Below, in pieces: positions 30,412-39,783 of a stretch of 64,000 nt of DNA. The notes beneath the pieces were generated by a model that was not told the DNA's origin, made no database searches, and was given only the letters and a program-made list of their open reading frames with translations. The stretch lies in assembly GCA_027485595.1 (NCBI GenBank), contig JAIXQT010000075.1:44589-108588 (forward strand), read 5' to 3'. Numbering within the stretch: the first letter of the stretch is position 1; each line of letters begins with the position of its first letter. The translations under genes and the position numbers were made by a program. The stretch is from Pseudomonadota bacterium. GTDB lineage: Bacteria; Bdellovibrionota_C; UBA2361; OMII01.

Positions 30412-30912
30412 ATGGACCAGAAAACGCTCATGTCCACGTTGCATTCAGCTACAGCGAGAGGGATTCAGCTCATCCCACCGGCCATTTTAAGTGAGAGTAT
30501 TGGGTCGATCGGACTCAAAGATCCGTTGACCATCGCTCCAACAGCCACGCTGCAAGAGTGTGTCGAAACGATGCAGTCGCATCGTGTTGGAAGCCTTCTT
30601 GTAACAGATTTAAACGGTAAGTTAATTGGGATCTTCACTGAGCGTGACCTTCTCCTAAAGGTGATGGGAAAGGTTGCTGATCTTTCTAGCCGTACGGTCG
30701 CCGACTTTATGACCAAGGACCCGGTTCGTGAAAAGCCGGAAGCGTCCCTTGCCTTCGCGCTGAGCGTCATGTCGCACGGCGGATTTCGACATGTGCCGAT
30801 CGTTGATCAGGATGAGGTTCCTATCGGTATTGTGTCCGTTAAGGATGTTGTCGATCACTTTGTGCGGAGGATGCTCGATGGGATCTTCGCGTCGGTGGAT
30901 ACGATTTTGTAG
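30412..30912 (+). CDS. CBS-domain pair protein
   Basis: Two CBS motifs (VGSLLVTDLNGKLIGIFTERDLL ... HVPIVDQDEVPIGIVSVKDVV). It starts 2 nt after the FapA-like stop. Confidence 0.75.
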   Translation: MDQKTLMSTLHSATARGIQLIPPAILSESIGSIGLKDPLTIAPTATLQECVETMQSHRVGSLLVTDLNGKLIGIFTERDLLLKVMGKVADLSSRTVADFMTKDPVREKPEASLAFALSVMSHGGFRHVPIVDQDEVPIGIVSVKDVVDHFVRRMLDGIFASVDTIL

Positions 30913-31071
30913 GGGGGTAAAAGGCGTGATGACTCGTGATCGGAAGGGCGACGATTCCTGGTCTCCGGAAAATAGGGAATTGTGAAAGACTCTTGCCTGT
31001 CGTGATGTGGCGACCAGGAATGGTCGCTCTCCGAAGCCGCGAATTCGTATCATTGCTATGAGGCCAAGGAC

Positions 31072-31103
31072 AAAAAAAGGGCCACCCGAAGGTGGCCCTT
31101 TTT
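31072..31103. terminator. Bidirectional rho-independent terminator between convergent CBS and hppA genes
   Basis: AAAAAAA-GGGCCACC-CGAA-GGTGGCCC-TTTTT is a perfect 8-bp GC stem flanked by an A-tract and a T-tract, so it can terminate on both strands. Confidence 0.8.
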
Positions 31104-31119
31104 CGTGGCTTGAACCGGA

Positions 31120-33204
31120 TTATGAAATCCAGATCTTCGCCAAAACTGGTGCGATGAGGAGGGCCAAGATAGACACCATCTTGATCAAGATGTTGAGAGA
31201 TGGGCCGGAGGTGTCCTTGAACGGATCGCCTACGGTGTCACCTACAACAGCTGCCTTGTGAGCGTCTGATCCCTTCTTCTCGCCCTCAACGAGCCCTTGC
31301 TCGATGTACTTCTTGGCGTTGTCCCATGCGCCACCCGTATTTGCCATAAAGATTCCAAGAACTACTCCCACAATGGTTGTTCCAAGGAGGAGTCCAGCGA
31401 GAGCTGCAGGGCCCATCACCAATCCGACGGCGATCGGGGTGATAAAGGCCACCAAACCAGGAGCGCGCATCTCGGTGAGAGCCGCCTTGGTTGAGATCTC
31501 CACGCATCGAGAAACGTCAGGCTTAACGCCCTCTCGTCCCTCAAGGAGGCCCGCGATCTCGCGGAACTGACGACGAATCTCCGTTACGATCAGTCCGGCA
31601 GCTTTACCTACGGACTGCATCGTGAACGCAACGATGAGGCCTGGAAGCATCGCGCCGATGAACACTCCTACGAGGAGGGTCGGGTTCGTGATAGCCAGGT
31701 CGACCTTGCCCGCTGGAAAGCTCTGGGTGAACGCTCCGAACACCGCGAGCGCTGTGAGTCCCGCGGATCCGATCGCGAAGCCCTTACCGATTGCGGCGGT
31801 GGTGTTGCCAAGGGCGTCGAGCTTGTCCGTGATATCACGGGTCTCTTTGCCAAGTTGGGCCATCTCAGAGATTCCACCTGCGTTGTCAGCGATAGGACCG
31901 TAGGCATCGATCGTCATGATGATACCGGTTGTCGCGAGCATCGCCACACCAGCGATCGCCACACCGTACACGCCACCGAAGGAATTCGAGACAAGAACAG
32001 CCGCTACGATGATGATGAGAGGGAGCGTTACGCTACGGAATCCAACCGCGATACCGTTGATAACGCAGGTAGCTGGGCCGGTCTTCGACGCGTTTACGAT
32101 CTCATACACCGGCTTCGACGAGGTGTAGTACTCCGTAGTCAAGCCGATTCCGATACCACAGAAGGTTCCGAAGATTACCGGAATCCAGAGCGATACGTTG
32201 ACTGGCGTAACTAAGAAGAAGCCCAAGGAAGCGATGATGAAGAGGACTGACGCGAGGAGGATCGTTGTCCGCAACGCCTTCGCTGGGTCTCCGTCCTTGA
32301 GGAACGACATCCACTTGATAGCGATGAAGGAACCGATCGATCCTAGGAGTCCAAGGATGAGCGGCGTAGCCATCAGCCATATCTTGTAGCTCTCAACCGT
32401 CGCTGGGTCGCCAGCGTAGCTGGTGAGCGTTTGAAGGTCTGCCACGCTAATTGTAGCGGCGAGAGCCAAGCAACCGATGAGACACGTTACGTATGACTCG
32501 AAGATGTCGGCGCCCATTCCGGCTACGTCACCTACGTTGTCACCTACGTTGTCAGCGATAACGCCAGGGTTTCTGGGGTCATCTTCCGGAATTCCAGCCT
32601 CAACCTTACCAACGAGGTCAGATCCTACGTCAGCGGCCTTGGTGTAAATTCCTCCACCCACGCGAGCGAAGAGCGCTACTGAGGATGCTCCCATCGCGAA
32701 TCCTATGATCGGCTCATGGTGAGCGGGAGTGCCGAAGATAAGGAAGAGAACACCTACACCGATAAGTCCGAGGGCTGCTACCGAGAGCCCCATGACGGCG
32801 CCACCGTTGAAGGCGGTCATGAGCGCTTGCCCTGGCTGAGCCTCAGAGGCTGCCTGAGCGGTGCGCACGTTAGAGAGGGTTGCTGACTTCATTCCTAAGT
32901 ATCCAGCAAGAAGCGAGCTACCTGCTCCGAACACGAACGCGAGCGCTGTTGGAAGCTGCAATGCCCACCAGATAACAAGAAACGCGCCGATGATGAACAT
33001 CGAGAGGTACTGAGCTTGCTTACGAAGGTATGCGATAGCGCCATCACGGATCGCGGCGCTGATCTCTTGCATGCGAGCGTTGCCCGCAGGAAGAGCTTGG
33101 ATGCCGACGTACAACTTGTACGCGAGCGCGAATCCAATTAAGCCGAACAGCGGAATGGCCCAACTGAAGAGGGACAAAGAGAATGCTTCCATGTCTAAAC
33201 TCAA
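31120..33204 (-). CDS. hppA: Membrane-bound H+(or Na+)-translocating pyrophosphatase
   Basis: ~16 TM helices with V-PPase signature segments (GGIYTKAADVGSDLVGKVE, DNVGDNVGD, EYYTSS). Confidence 0.9.
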   Translation of the reverse strand: MSLDMEAFSLSLFSWAIPLFGLIGFALAYKLYVGIQALPAGNARMQEISAAIRDGAIAYLRKQAQYLSMFIIGAFLVIWWALQLPTALAFVFGAGSSLLAGYLGMKSATLSNVRTAQAASEAQPGQALMTAFNGGAVMGLSVAALGLIGVGVLFLIFGTPAHHEPIIGFAMGASSVALFARVGGGIYTKAADVGSDLVGKVEAGIPEDDPRNPGVIADNVGDNVGDVAGMGADIFESYVTCLIGCLALAATISVADLQTLTSYAGDPATVESYKIWLMATPLILGLLGSIGSFIAIKWMSFLKDGDPAKALRTTILLASVLFIIASLGFFLVTPVNVSLWIPVIFGTFCGIGIGLTTEYYTSSKPVYEIVNASKTGPATCVINGIAVGFRSVTLPLIIIVAAVLVSNSFGGVYGVAIAGVAMLATTGIIMTIDAYGPIADNAGGISEMAQLGKETRDITDKLDALGNTTAAIGKGFAIGSAGLTALAVFGAFTQSFPAGKVDLAITNPTLLVGVFIGAMLPGLIVAFTMQSVGKAAGLIVTEIRRQFREIAGLLEGREGVKPDVSRCVEISTKAALTEMRAPGLVAFITPIAVGLVMGPAALAGLLLGTTIVGVVLGIFMANTGGAWDNAKKYIEQGLVEGEKKGSDAHKAAVVGDTVGDPFKDTSGPSLNILIKMVSILALLIAPVLAKIWIS

Positions 33205-33417
33205 CTTTTAAATGTCATGATTCATTGGCCCACGACCAAACCGTCTGATGTGAGAAAGCTCTTTGAGTGCGCGGTAACCACAAACTCGGACGAGCCCTCG
33301 GATGCATCTATACAGCATGGTCGTAAGTGCCTGAAACTACAGGCCTGGCGATTCTAGCCGTATTAGATAGAGAGTCAACCGGAATATGTTGAGGTGGGGA
33401 GGTGTCAGAGGTTAGAT

Positions 33418-33444
33418 GTGTGGGGCATGTGGGGCATGTGGGGC
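33418..33444. repeat. Tandem 9-mer repeat (ATGTGGGGC x3) in the intergenic region downstream of the PERPE-tail gene
   Basis: Three direct head-to-tail copies, read directly from the sequence. Confidence 0.6.
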
Positions 33445-33462
33445 AGGGGGAGGGAGCGATCG

Positions 33463-33488
33463 GGGGCGACCCTCTTCCGGTCGCCCCC
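33463..33488. other. Perfect 10-bp GC-rich hairpin (GGGGGCGACC-TCTTCC-GGTCGCCCCC), ~25 nt downstream of the stop of the minus-strand gene at 33513
   Basis: A perfect inverted repeat with no flanking T/A tract. It is a possible factor-dependent terminator or a stability element. Confidence 0.4.
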
Positions 33489-33512
33489 AAACCTGGGCTC
33501 GGACGGCGTGTC

Positions 33513-34049
33513 CTATCGCCGCCGCTCAGGTCGCTCAGGTCGTTCCGGCCGCTCCGGCTTTTCAGTCCTTGGGCCAGCCACGTCATCTCGTCCACGTCCC
33601 CGAGCCCCGCTGTCTCCATCGCCCAGGTTCGAGGGTGCCGGGGAGTCCTCTCCACTGGTCTCGTCACTCGTCTCTTCAGTGTCCTTAGGGGCGCAGGTCG
33701 CCTCTTCCGCGGTTACCAAGGCGACCCGAAACTGCGAAAGGTTTGCTTTGGTGAGTATCTTTACCTTAGCGAGAGCCTTAAAGGCTGGGCCAACCTTGCC
33801 ACCTGCTTTACGGAAGCACGCATGGCATGTTTCGGCATCAGCGGCAGGCGCACAGGTGTCCCTAATAGTTGCCACCACTGAATCTGCCGAGACGTAAGCG
33901 CCTGAAACGGCGCACCCCAAATTATTGAGAGCCTCGGTCACTGTCTTCAATGAGCACTGTTGGTCTGATTGCCCGAGTGCGGGTTGGAGGGGAAGAGCTA
34001 TGGTTCCGATGAGGCTCAGTGTTGCGATAACGGAAGTTCTTAGGTTCAT
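33513..34049 (-). CDS. Secreted Cys-containing hypothetical protein with C-terminal PERPE repeat tail
   Basis: Signal peptide MNLRTSVIATLSLIGTIALPLQPALG, and a C-terminus ...TEKPERPERPERPERRR encoded by CAGGTCG-type nucleotide repeats at ~33521-33566. Confidence 0.5.
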   Translation of the reverse strand: MNLRTSVIATLSLIGTIALPLQPALGQSDQQCSLKTVTEALNNLGCAVSGAYVSADSVVATIRDTCAPAADAETCHACFRKAGGKVGPAFKALAKVKILTKANLSQFRVALVTAEEATCAPKDTEETSDETSGEDSPAPSNLGDGDSGARGRGRDDVAGPRTEKPERPERPERPERRR

Positions 34050-34233
34050 GGGAATCCTTCTGTTTGGTTGACCTCTTTGACCCAGCAAGCTTTGGGCCAC
34101 GCCTAGGTACGATATGGAACAACCACCTTAATGGGGGTTAGCTGGGTGGTTGTTGGAACTGGTGTTCACAGCTGAGAACACTTTGCGGAGAGCTTCACGT
34201 CAAAAGGAACTTCCATGGGGTGTGGCTTGACTG

Positions 34234-37200
34234 TTATGGGAGCAGCGTTTGGTGCAGGTTTTGCGAGCGAATGAGTGAGTAGTGAGCAGGGATAGTAAAG
34301 AGGGGTGTGTTTCTCTCACCCTGTCGCAGGAGACGTCGGTACACCGTTCGGGATTCGTTGTCGACCCAGAAGATCCCTGGGGCCTGTGTAAGTGCGTCTG
34401 TTAAAAATATACCTGTCGAAATGGTAGCGCTTCGGGCCACATAAAACAGTGGAAACGCGAACGTCCCCGCTAAGGTCGTTATACGCATCTGTCGGCCATT
34501 GTTGTTGGTGCCACCCAATATCGCGAGTAAGGGAACTTCAGAGCTACCGCGACGAACAACGAAACCTCGGAGAAATGGGTTATAGCTGTGCGCGGCGATT
34601 CGCTTGCCGGATAGATCGAACGCCGCGACACCGGGCTTGCGTCGATCGCCTCTCGCTACCTTAAAAATAATTTCATCTACTCCATCAGAGTTGATATCCC
34701 CACACCCGATCAGATCTCCGGAAAGGGATCTGGGGAGCTCGGTCACGCGCTTACTCGGAGAGTTATAGGCCCTCGTGTGCAGCTTCCTCTCGGCTCTATC
34801 GTAGACCGCCAACGATGAGCCGGTCTGTGTGGTGAATGAACAGCCGGTGATGACGGTGTCCCCAGAGCTTCCAAAGCTGACGCTTTGAATATCCCCTAAT
34901 GAAGAGAGTTTAATATTCCACCTGAGACCTGCCTCGGTAACCGCAACGGCAGCCAGGTCAGTGGTTCCGTCGCCATCGTAGTCAGCCGGCACTGGGTAGC
35001 GCCCCTCCACGGTCGTTGAGGACCACATGCTGTCCCGAGTGTGGCGACTCTTAAAGGTGACAGCGGCTCCTGTTGTACGCGATACGGTGATAGCTGTATC
35101 GCCCGTCCCATCGAAGTCGAGGGGAGCAGCCTCAACGACAACGACTGATGTCGCCTCGGATGGTGCGCTTCTACCTCCGTTTTCCGCGATAAAGGTAGTA
35201 ACGATTTGGTGTCGACCCGCGGCAAGCGTTGGTAACGTAAACTCCCATGTCCCCGCTTGAGACATCATTCCTTGAGCACCCCTTTCCGAACCGGATATCA
35301 CGGTCGTTCCAACCACGATGCCGTTGATCGCGATCTCCACGACATGTCCCGGAATACCGGTTCCTGAGAGTGTGACCGCTTTTTTGTTCGTGATCACCGG
35401 TTGTGTCCCGTATTCGGCATCAGGAACTCCGATACGAGCTTGAGCTGGTGGGACGATCGTTGGCGTGAGTGTTGGGGTTACGGTTGCCGTTGGGGTAGGG
35501 GTGGCTGTTCTGGTGGAAGTTGGAGTTGGTGTCGATGTTGGAGTTGCGGTGCTCGTTGGAGTCGAAGTTGATGTGGCGGTGGAGGTTACCGTAGGGGTGG
35601 GCGTCCAGAGAGCGCACGTGCTCGGCTCCCCAACGCATGAGAAACCCGCGTCCTGTCGGCAGGTATTAGAGCATCCGTCCGCGACAGCCGAGCCCGCGTC
35701 TGTGTAGCGGCCGACAGTGATATTCCCTTGGAAGATACTTTCAATCGTAAAGAGAATTCCTAATGAGGAGATCGTAGCAGCTCTCATATACGACACGGGT
35801 AGTCTCGATGACGTGCCGTAGGTGGTATCGAGTTGACCACTAGAAGAGTAGCGATACACGCCCGCCAGCCAACCAGTATTTCCGACAAGCACACTGCCGT
35901 TACTCTGTGGAAGGGCATAGAGCGCATTGCCGACAGAATCTAAAATTTCAACCGTGCCACCACTCCCCCAGGTTGTATCAGTTGTTCCGTCAGCATTGAG
36001 ACGAAGAACCTGCCCGGCGTACCCACAATCCTCACAATTTCTTGTCACATGCAGGGAGATAAGGAGCTTTCCATCGGTAGTAAGCGCGAGGTGATTCGTT
36101 TGAACGTAGTCCGGGTATAGGGATATGGTGCGCACTCCATTGGTGCCGAAGGAGGTGTCGAGCGTGCCATCAGAATTGTATCGTGCAAGCCCCGCTCGAT
36201 ACTCACTCCCTTCCACGACAGTTCCGGCTACCACTATCTTTTGGTCACCCTGAATCGCTACGGCAAAAGCATCGCCACCTGTTCCCCACGGCAGGAGCAG
36301 AGCCTTGCCATCGCCATCGAATGTTGAATCCAAGGAGCCATCAGCGTTGTAACGAACGACGCAAAAGCGAGAGTCGGCCGTGCCGGCCACAACGATCTTT
36401 CCATCAGCTTGGACGGCTATCGCTCGAGCGTAGGCTTGCGTTGACCCGACCTGTGTTAACACCTGACCGTCGCCATCGAACGTTGTGTCGAGGACTCCTG
36501 CTGACGTCAGACGAATGAGGGCGAGCCGGCTCACCCCTCCGAAAGTTGCGCGCGCTGCCCCGGCCATGAGGATCTTGCCATCTTGTTGTACTGCTATTCG
36601 GCCGATATTGGTTGAAAACGCTACCGGGATGAGCGCCTGTCCGGTGCCGTTAAATGTTGTGTCGAATTCTCCCTGGGCGTTAATGCGAAAAATACCCCAC
36701 TGGTTGTCTCCGCCGCTTCCCGAAACGCTTGCGCCCACAACCACCTTGCCACCGGGATAAGGTTGAGCGTCTGAGGGTGAAACGAATGTTGCGGACGAGA
36801 TCGAGAAGGATCGGGGATTTGACGCTGCGTCGTCGCACTCCTCCGCGCCTCTCACTAATCCATCGCCGCAGACCGGAGAGCAAGATGTGCCGGTGCAGGT
36901 GTAGCCCGCTTCTCGTGCGCAGGTGCTTGAGCATCCATCGCCAGATGTTGTGTTACCATCATCGCATGTTTCTGGCGCTGTTGTTTGAGAATCTCCACAA
37001 TCGCAGGGATCTCCGATGCCGTCGTTGTCATAATCCTGATTAGATTCGGCTACCAGAGCTGGGCAGAGGTCACAGGCGTCTCCATGATAGTCCCCATCAG
37101 AGTTGGCCTGATCGACGTTCGAGATCGTTGGGCAGTTGTCAACGTTGCCGCACAACCCGTCCCCATCAACATCGTTGTTAGAAGATAACGGGCAGGTGTC

Positions 37201-37428
37201 GCACTCATCCCCGCGGCCATCAAGGTCGTTGTCCACCTGCCAGCAGCCATCGTCACAGACCTCAGGGTTGTAAACTCCGGGGCAGTTGTCCCAACTATCG
37301 TCCACGTAATCTCCGTCAGCATCTACCGCCCAGGCCATGGTGGGAGCCGAAAACATAAGGAACAACGCGACAATGGCGTGGATCCATTTTGATGGTGCAG
37401 TGGCTTCAAGGTAGGGGGAACGCATCAT
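34234..37428 (-). CDS. Large secreted multi-domain surface protein with thrombospondin-3-like Ca-binding repeats, a Myxococcus-type Cys-rich repeat, a delta-60 repeat propeller, a Thr/Pro linker and an Ig-like/FG-GAP-like C-terminal region
   Basis: Signal peptide; D-x-D-x-D-G repeats (DNDLDGRGDECD, DVDGDGLCG, DYDNDGIGDPCD); CGDGLVRGAEECDD; recurrent LDTTFDGDGQ / LDSTFDGDGK / TLDTSFGTNG / TTDTTWGSGG motifs; a TPTPT linker; DYDGDGTTDL and GDINSDGVDE. Confidence 0.7.
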   Translation of the reverse strand: MMRSPYLEATAPSKWIHAIVALFLMFSAPTMAWAVDADGDYVDDSWDNCPGVYNPEVCDDGCWQVDNDLDGRGDECDTCPLSSNNDVDGDGLCGNVDNCPTISNVDQANSDGDYHGDACDLCPALVAESNQDYDNDGIGDPCDCGDSQTTAPETCDDGNTTSGDGCSSTCAREAGYTCTGTSCSPVCGDGLVRGAEECDDAASNPRSFSISSATFVSPSDAQPYPGGKVVVGASVSGSGGDNQWGIFRINAQGEFDTTFNGTGQALIPVAFSTNIGRIAVQQDGKILMAGAARATFGGVSRLALIRLTSAGVLDTTFDGDGQVLTQVGSTQAYARAIAVQADGKIVVAGTADSRFCVVRYNADGSLDSTFDGDGKALLLPWGTGGDAFAVAIQGDQKIVVAGTVVEGSEYRAGLARYNSDGTLDTSFGTNGVRTISLYPDYVQTNHLALTTDGKLLISLHVTRNCEDCGYAGQVLRLNADGTTDTTWGSGGTVEILDSVGNALYALPQSNGSVLVGNTGWLAGVYRYSSSGQLDTTYGTSSRLPVSYMRAATISSLGILFTIESIFQGNITVGRYTDAGSAVADGCSNTCRQDAGFSCVGEPSTCALWTPTPTVTSTATSTSTPTSTATPTSTPTPTSTRTATPTPTATVTPTLTPTIVPPAQARIGVPDAEYGTQPVITNKKAVTLSGTGIPGHVVEIAINGIVVGTTVISGSERGAQGMMSQAGTWEFTLPTLAAGRHQIVTTFIAENGGRSAPSEATSVVVVEAAPLDFDGTGDTAITVSRTTGAAVTFKSRHTRDSMWSSTTVEGRYPVPADYDGDGTTDLAAVAVTEAGLRWNIKLSSLGDIQSVSFGSSGDTVITGCSFTTQTGSSLAVYDRAERKLHTRAYNSPSKRVTELPRSLSGDLIGCGDINSDGVDEIIFKVARGDRRKPGVAAFDLSGKRIAAHSYNPFLRGFVVRRGSSEVPLLAILGGTNNNGRQMRITTLAGTFAFPLFYVARSATISTGIFLTDALTQAPGIFWVDNESRTVYRRLLRQGERNTPLFTIPAHYSLIRSQNLHQTLLP
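35455..35615. repeat. Low-complexity Thr/Pro/Ser-linker coding repeat inside the large surface protein gene
   Basis: It encodes TPTPTVTSTATSTSTPTSTATPTSTPTPTSTRTATPTPTATVTPTLTPT. The reverse strand gives a spurious GV-rich ORF. Confidence 0.6.
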
Positions 37429-37627
37429 GAGCTACAATCCTTCGCACCATAAGGTCGGCTCCCCTGGCCTGTTTCTTGAGGATTAAAAGCCCCTTAGGAC
37501 GGTAGGTGTTCTTGGGAGTGCGTTCGATTTGTACGAGACGGCTCTGCAGGAGAGATTGCGCCTATCTAAAGCCCTGGAATGTCTATGGTATGTGGTTGAT
37601 GTGAGCGTGGACTGGTTAGCCGCGGGC

Positions 37628-37660
37628 GGTGCCCCACACCCTGTCAGGGGGTGGGGCACC
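37628..37660. other. 10-bp perfect hairpin (GGTGCCCCAC ... GTGGGGCACC) ~90 nt downstream of the ettA stop
   Basis: An inverted repeat read from the sequence, with no U-tract. Confidence 0.35.
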
Positions 37661-37752
37661 TTAGAGGCTCTGGTGGGGTACGTACCTTGTAGCACAGCAG
37701 GCCGCCCCCCTTCAGAGATGGCTACTTTGCATGGACTTCCCCACTAGGGGAT

Positions 37753-39426
37753 CTAATGGGTGAGCTTCTTGTACTTGATGCGGTGCGGAGTTTCAGCGTC
37801 AGCTCCAAGACGTCGACGCCGATCGGCTTCGTAGTCTTGGTAGTTACCCTCGAACCACACGACATTACTGTCACCCTCGAACGCGAGGATGTGGGTCGCG
37901 ATTCGGTCAAGGAACCACCGATCATGGCTTATCACCACCGCGCATCCAGCGAAGTTAAGGAGAGCTTCCTCAAGCGCTCGGAGCGTGTTGACGTCGAGGT
38001 CGTTCGTCGGCTCGTCGAGTAGGATGACGTTTCCGCCTGCTCGAAGCATCTTCGCCATGTGCACACGATTACGTTCTCCACCGGAGAGCGCTCCCATGAG
38101 TTTCTGTTGATCCTGGCCACCAAAGTTGAAGCGAGAGACGTAGGCTCGGCCGTTAATCTCGCGAGTGCCGAGTTTGATAATATCATCGCCCCCAGTGATC
38201 TCTTCAAAGACCGAGTTCTTATCGTTGATCGCTTCGCGGCTCTGATCCATGTAGGCGAGCGATACTGTTTCTCCGACCTTGAAGGTTCCGTTGTCAGCAT
38301 TCTCTTTGCCGGTGATGAGCTTGAAGAGGGTCGTCTTACCGGCGCCGTTTGGCCCGATGATACCCACGATACCTCCTCGAGGGAGGTTAAAGCTCAAATT
38401 CTCAAAGAGAACTTTGTCGCCGAAGGATTTTGAGATGCCATCAGCTTGGATAACAACTTCACCGAGACGAGGTCCCGGTGGGATGTAAAGCTCAAGGTCA
38501 TCAACCTGCTTGGACTGCTCTTGATTGAGAAGCTCCTCGTACGCTTTGATACGGGCCTTCGACTTAGCTTGTCGAGCGCGAGGGGATTGTTGAATCCACT
38601 CAAGCTCTCGAGCGAGGGTCTTCTGTCTCTTCGACTCCGATTTCTCTTCAAGCTCAAGTCGGTTCTTCTTCTGTTCAAGCCACCCTGAGTAGTTGCCTTC
38701 CCAAGGAACTCCGTGTCCGCGGTCGAGCTCAAGGATCCATTTCGCGACGTTGTCGAGGAAGTATCGATCATGGGTAACGCAGAGGACTGCGCCCGGATAC
38801 TCACTCAAATGTCGCTCAAGCCACGCGACTGATTCCGCGTCGAGGTGGTTGGTTGGCTCGTCAAGGAGGAGTACCTCTGGTTTCTCAAGGAGGAGTTTGC
38901 ACAACGCAACGCGACGCTTCTCTCCACCCGAGAGGTTCTCAACGCTTGAGTCCCCTGGGGGACATCGAAGCGCGTCCATCGCGATGTCGAGGGTGCGATC
39001 AAGATCCCACGCGCCGCACGCGTCGATCTTATCTTGAAGCACTGATTGCTTGTCGATGAGCTTCTCCATCTCCTCTGGGGAGATATCCTCACCGAGCTTA
39101 GCGCTGATCGCTTCGAAGTCTTTCAGCAGGGTTGCTGCCTCTTTGCATCCCTCCATGACGTTCTCTTTAACCGTCTTAGTTGGATCAAGCTTTGGTTCTT
39201 GCTCAAGGTACCCGATCGTAAGGTTTGGACGACAGCTGATATCGCCCGAATACTCCTTATCAATTCCGGCGATGATCTTGAGGATACTGGACTTTCCGGA
39301 GCCGTTCAGTCCGACGATTCCGATCTTCGCGCCTTCAAAGAAGGAGAGGGAGATATCTTTAAGAACCTGTTTACCCGGTGGGTACACTCGGTTCACTTTG
39401 TGCATGGAAAAAATAATTGGTGGCAT
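37753..39426 (-). CDS. ettA: ABC-F family energy-dependent translational throttle protein EttA
   Basis: It is collinear with EttA over its full length: MHKVNRVYPPGKQVLKDISLSFF, two ABC cassettes with Walker A (GLNGSGKSS, GPNGAGKTT) and signatures (LSGGEKRRVAL, LSGGERNRVHM), and a C-terminus IKYKKLTH. The likely start is MPPIIFSMHKV. Confidence 0.9.
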   Translation of the reverse strand: MPPIIFSMHKVNRVYPPGKQVLKDISLSFFEGAKIGIVGLNGSGKSSILKIIAGIDKEYSGDISCRPNLTIGYLEQEPKLDPTKTVKENVMEGCKEAATLLKDFEAISAKLGEDISPEEMEKLIDKQSVLQDKIDACGAWDLDRTLDIAMDALRCPPGDSSVENLSGGEKRRVALCKLLLEKPEVLLLDEPTNHLDAESVAWLERHLSEYPGAVLCVTHDRYFLDNVAKWILELDRGHGVPWEGNYSGWLEQKKNRLELEEKSESKRQKTLARELEWIQQSPRARQAKSKARIKAYEELLNQEQSKQVDDLELYIPPGPRLGEVVIQADGISKSFGDKVLFENLSFNLPRGGIVGIIGPNGAGKTTLFKLITGKENADNGTFKVGETVSLAYMDQSREAINDKNSVFEEITGGDDIIKLGTREINGRAYVSRFNFGGQDQQKLMGALSGGERNRVHMAKMLRAGGNVILLDEPTNDLDVNTLRALEEALLNFAGCAVVISHDRWFLDRIATHILAFEGDSNVVWFEGNYQDYEADRRRRLGADAETPHRIKYKKLTH

Positions 39427-39783
39427 GCGGAGAACATACCGCTCTGAGGCGATGCGGGGCAAGGGGAGGCAGGGCCCTTTGTGGCGGCGGGCGCTTTTTA
39501 TGACGCACTGGAATGGGTGATGAAGGGTGTGTGCATACCTCCGGCCTGTGAGGACACAGACTTCGGCGATCAGGAATGACCGCCCTCCCGGTGTTGCGGT
39601 TCATGGTAGGGGCCGTCTCCTGACGAGCCGGAACGCGCGGCACAATAGACCCTAAAATAGAGTGTCGCGATCTGTCGGTGACAGCCCGCTTTAAAAACTA
39701 CGACCTTCAAACATCAACCGCTCCGGCCTAGAGTTCGCGAGCTGTAAACCTAAAAACGGGTCGACCCGATAGTAGGAGGTGCC

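Noticed and set aside
35465-35707. Plus-strand ORF encoding a Gly/Val-rich peptide inside the 34234..37428 gene, and the analogous minus-strand ORFs 59508..59792 and 59608..59832 inside the 58666 gene
   Set aside because: These are antisense translations of the Thr/Pro linker repeats and do not represent genes.
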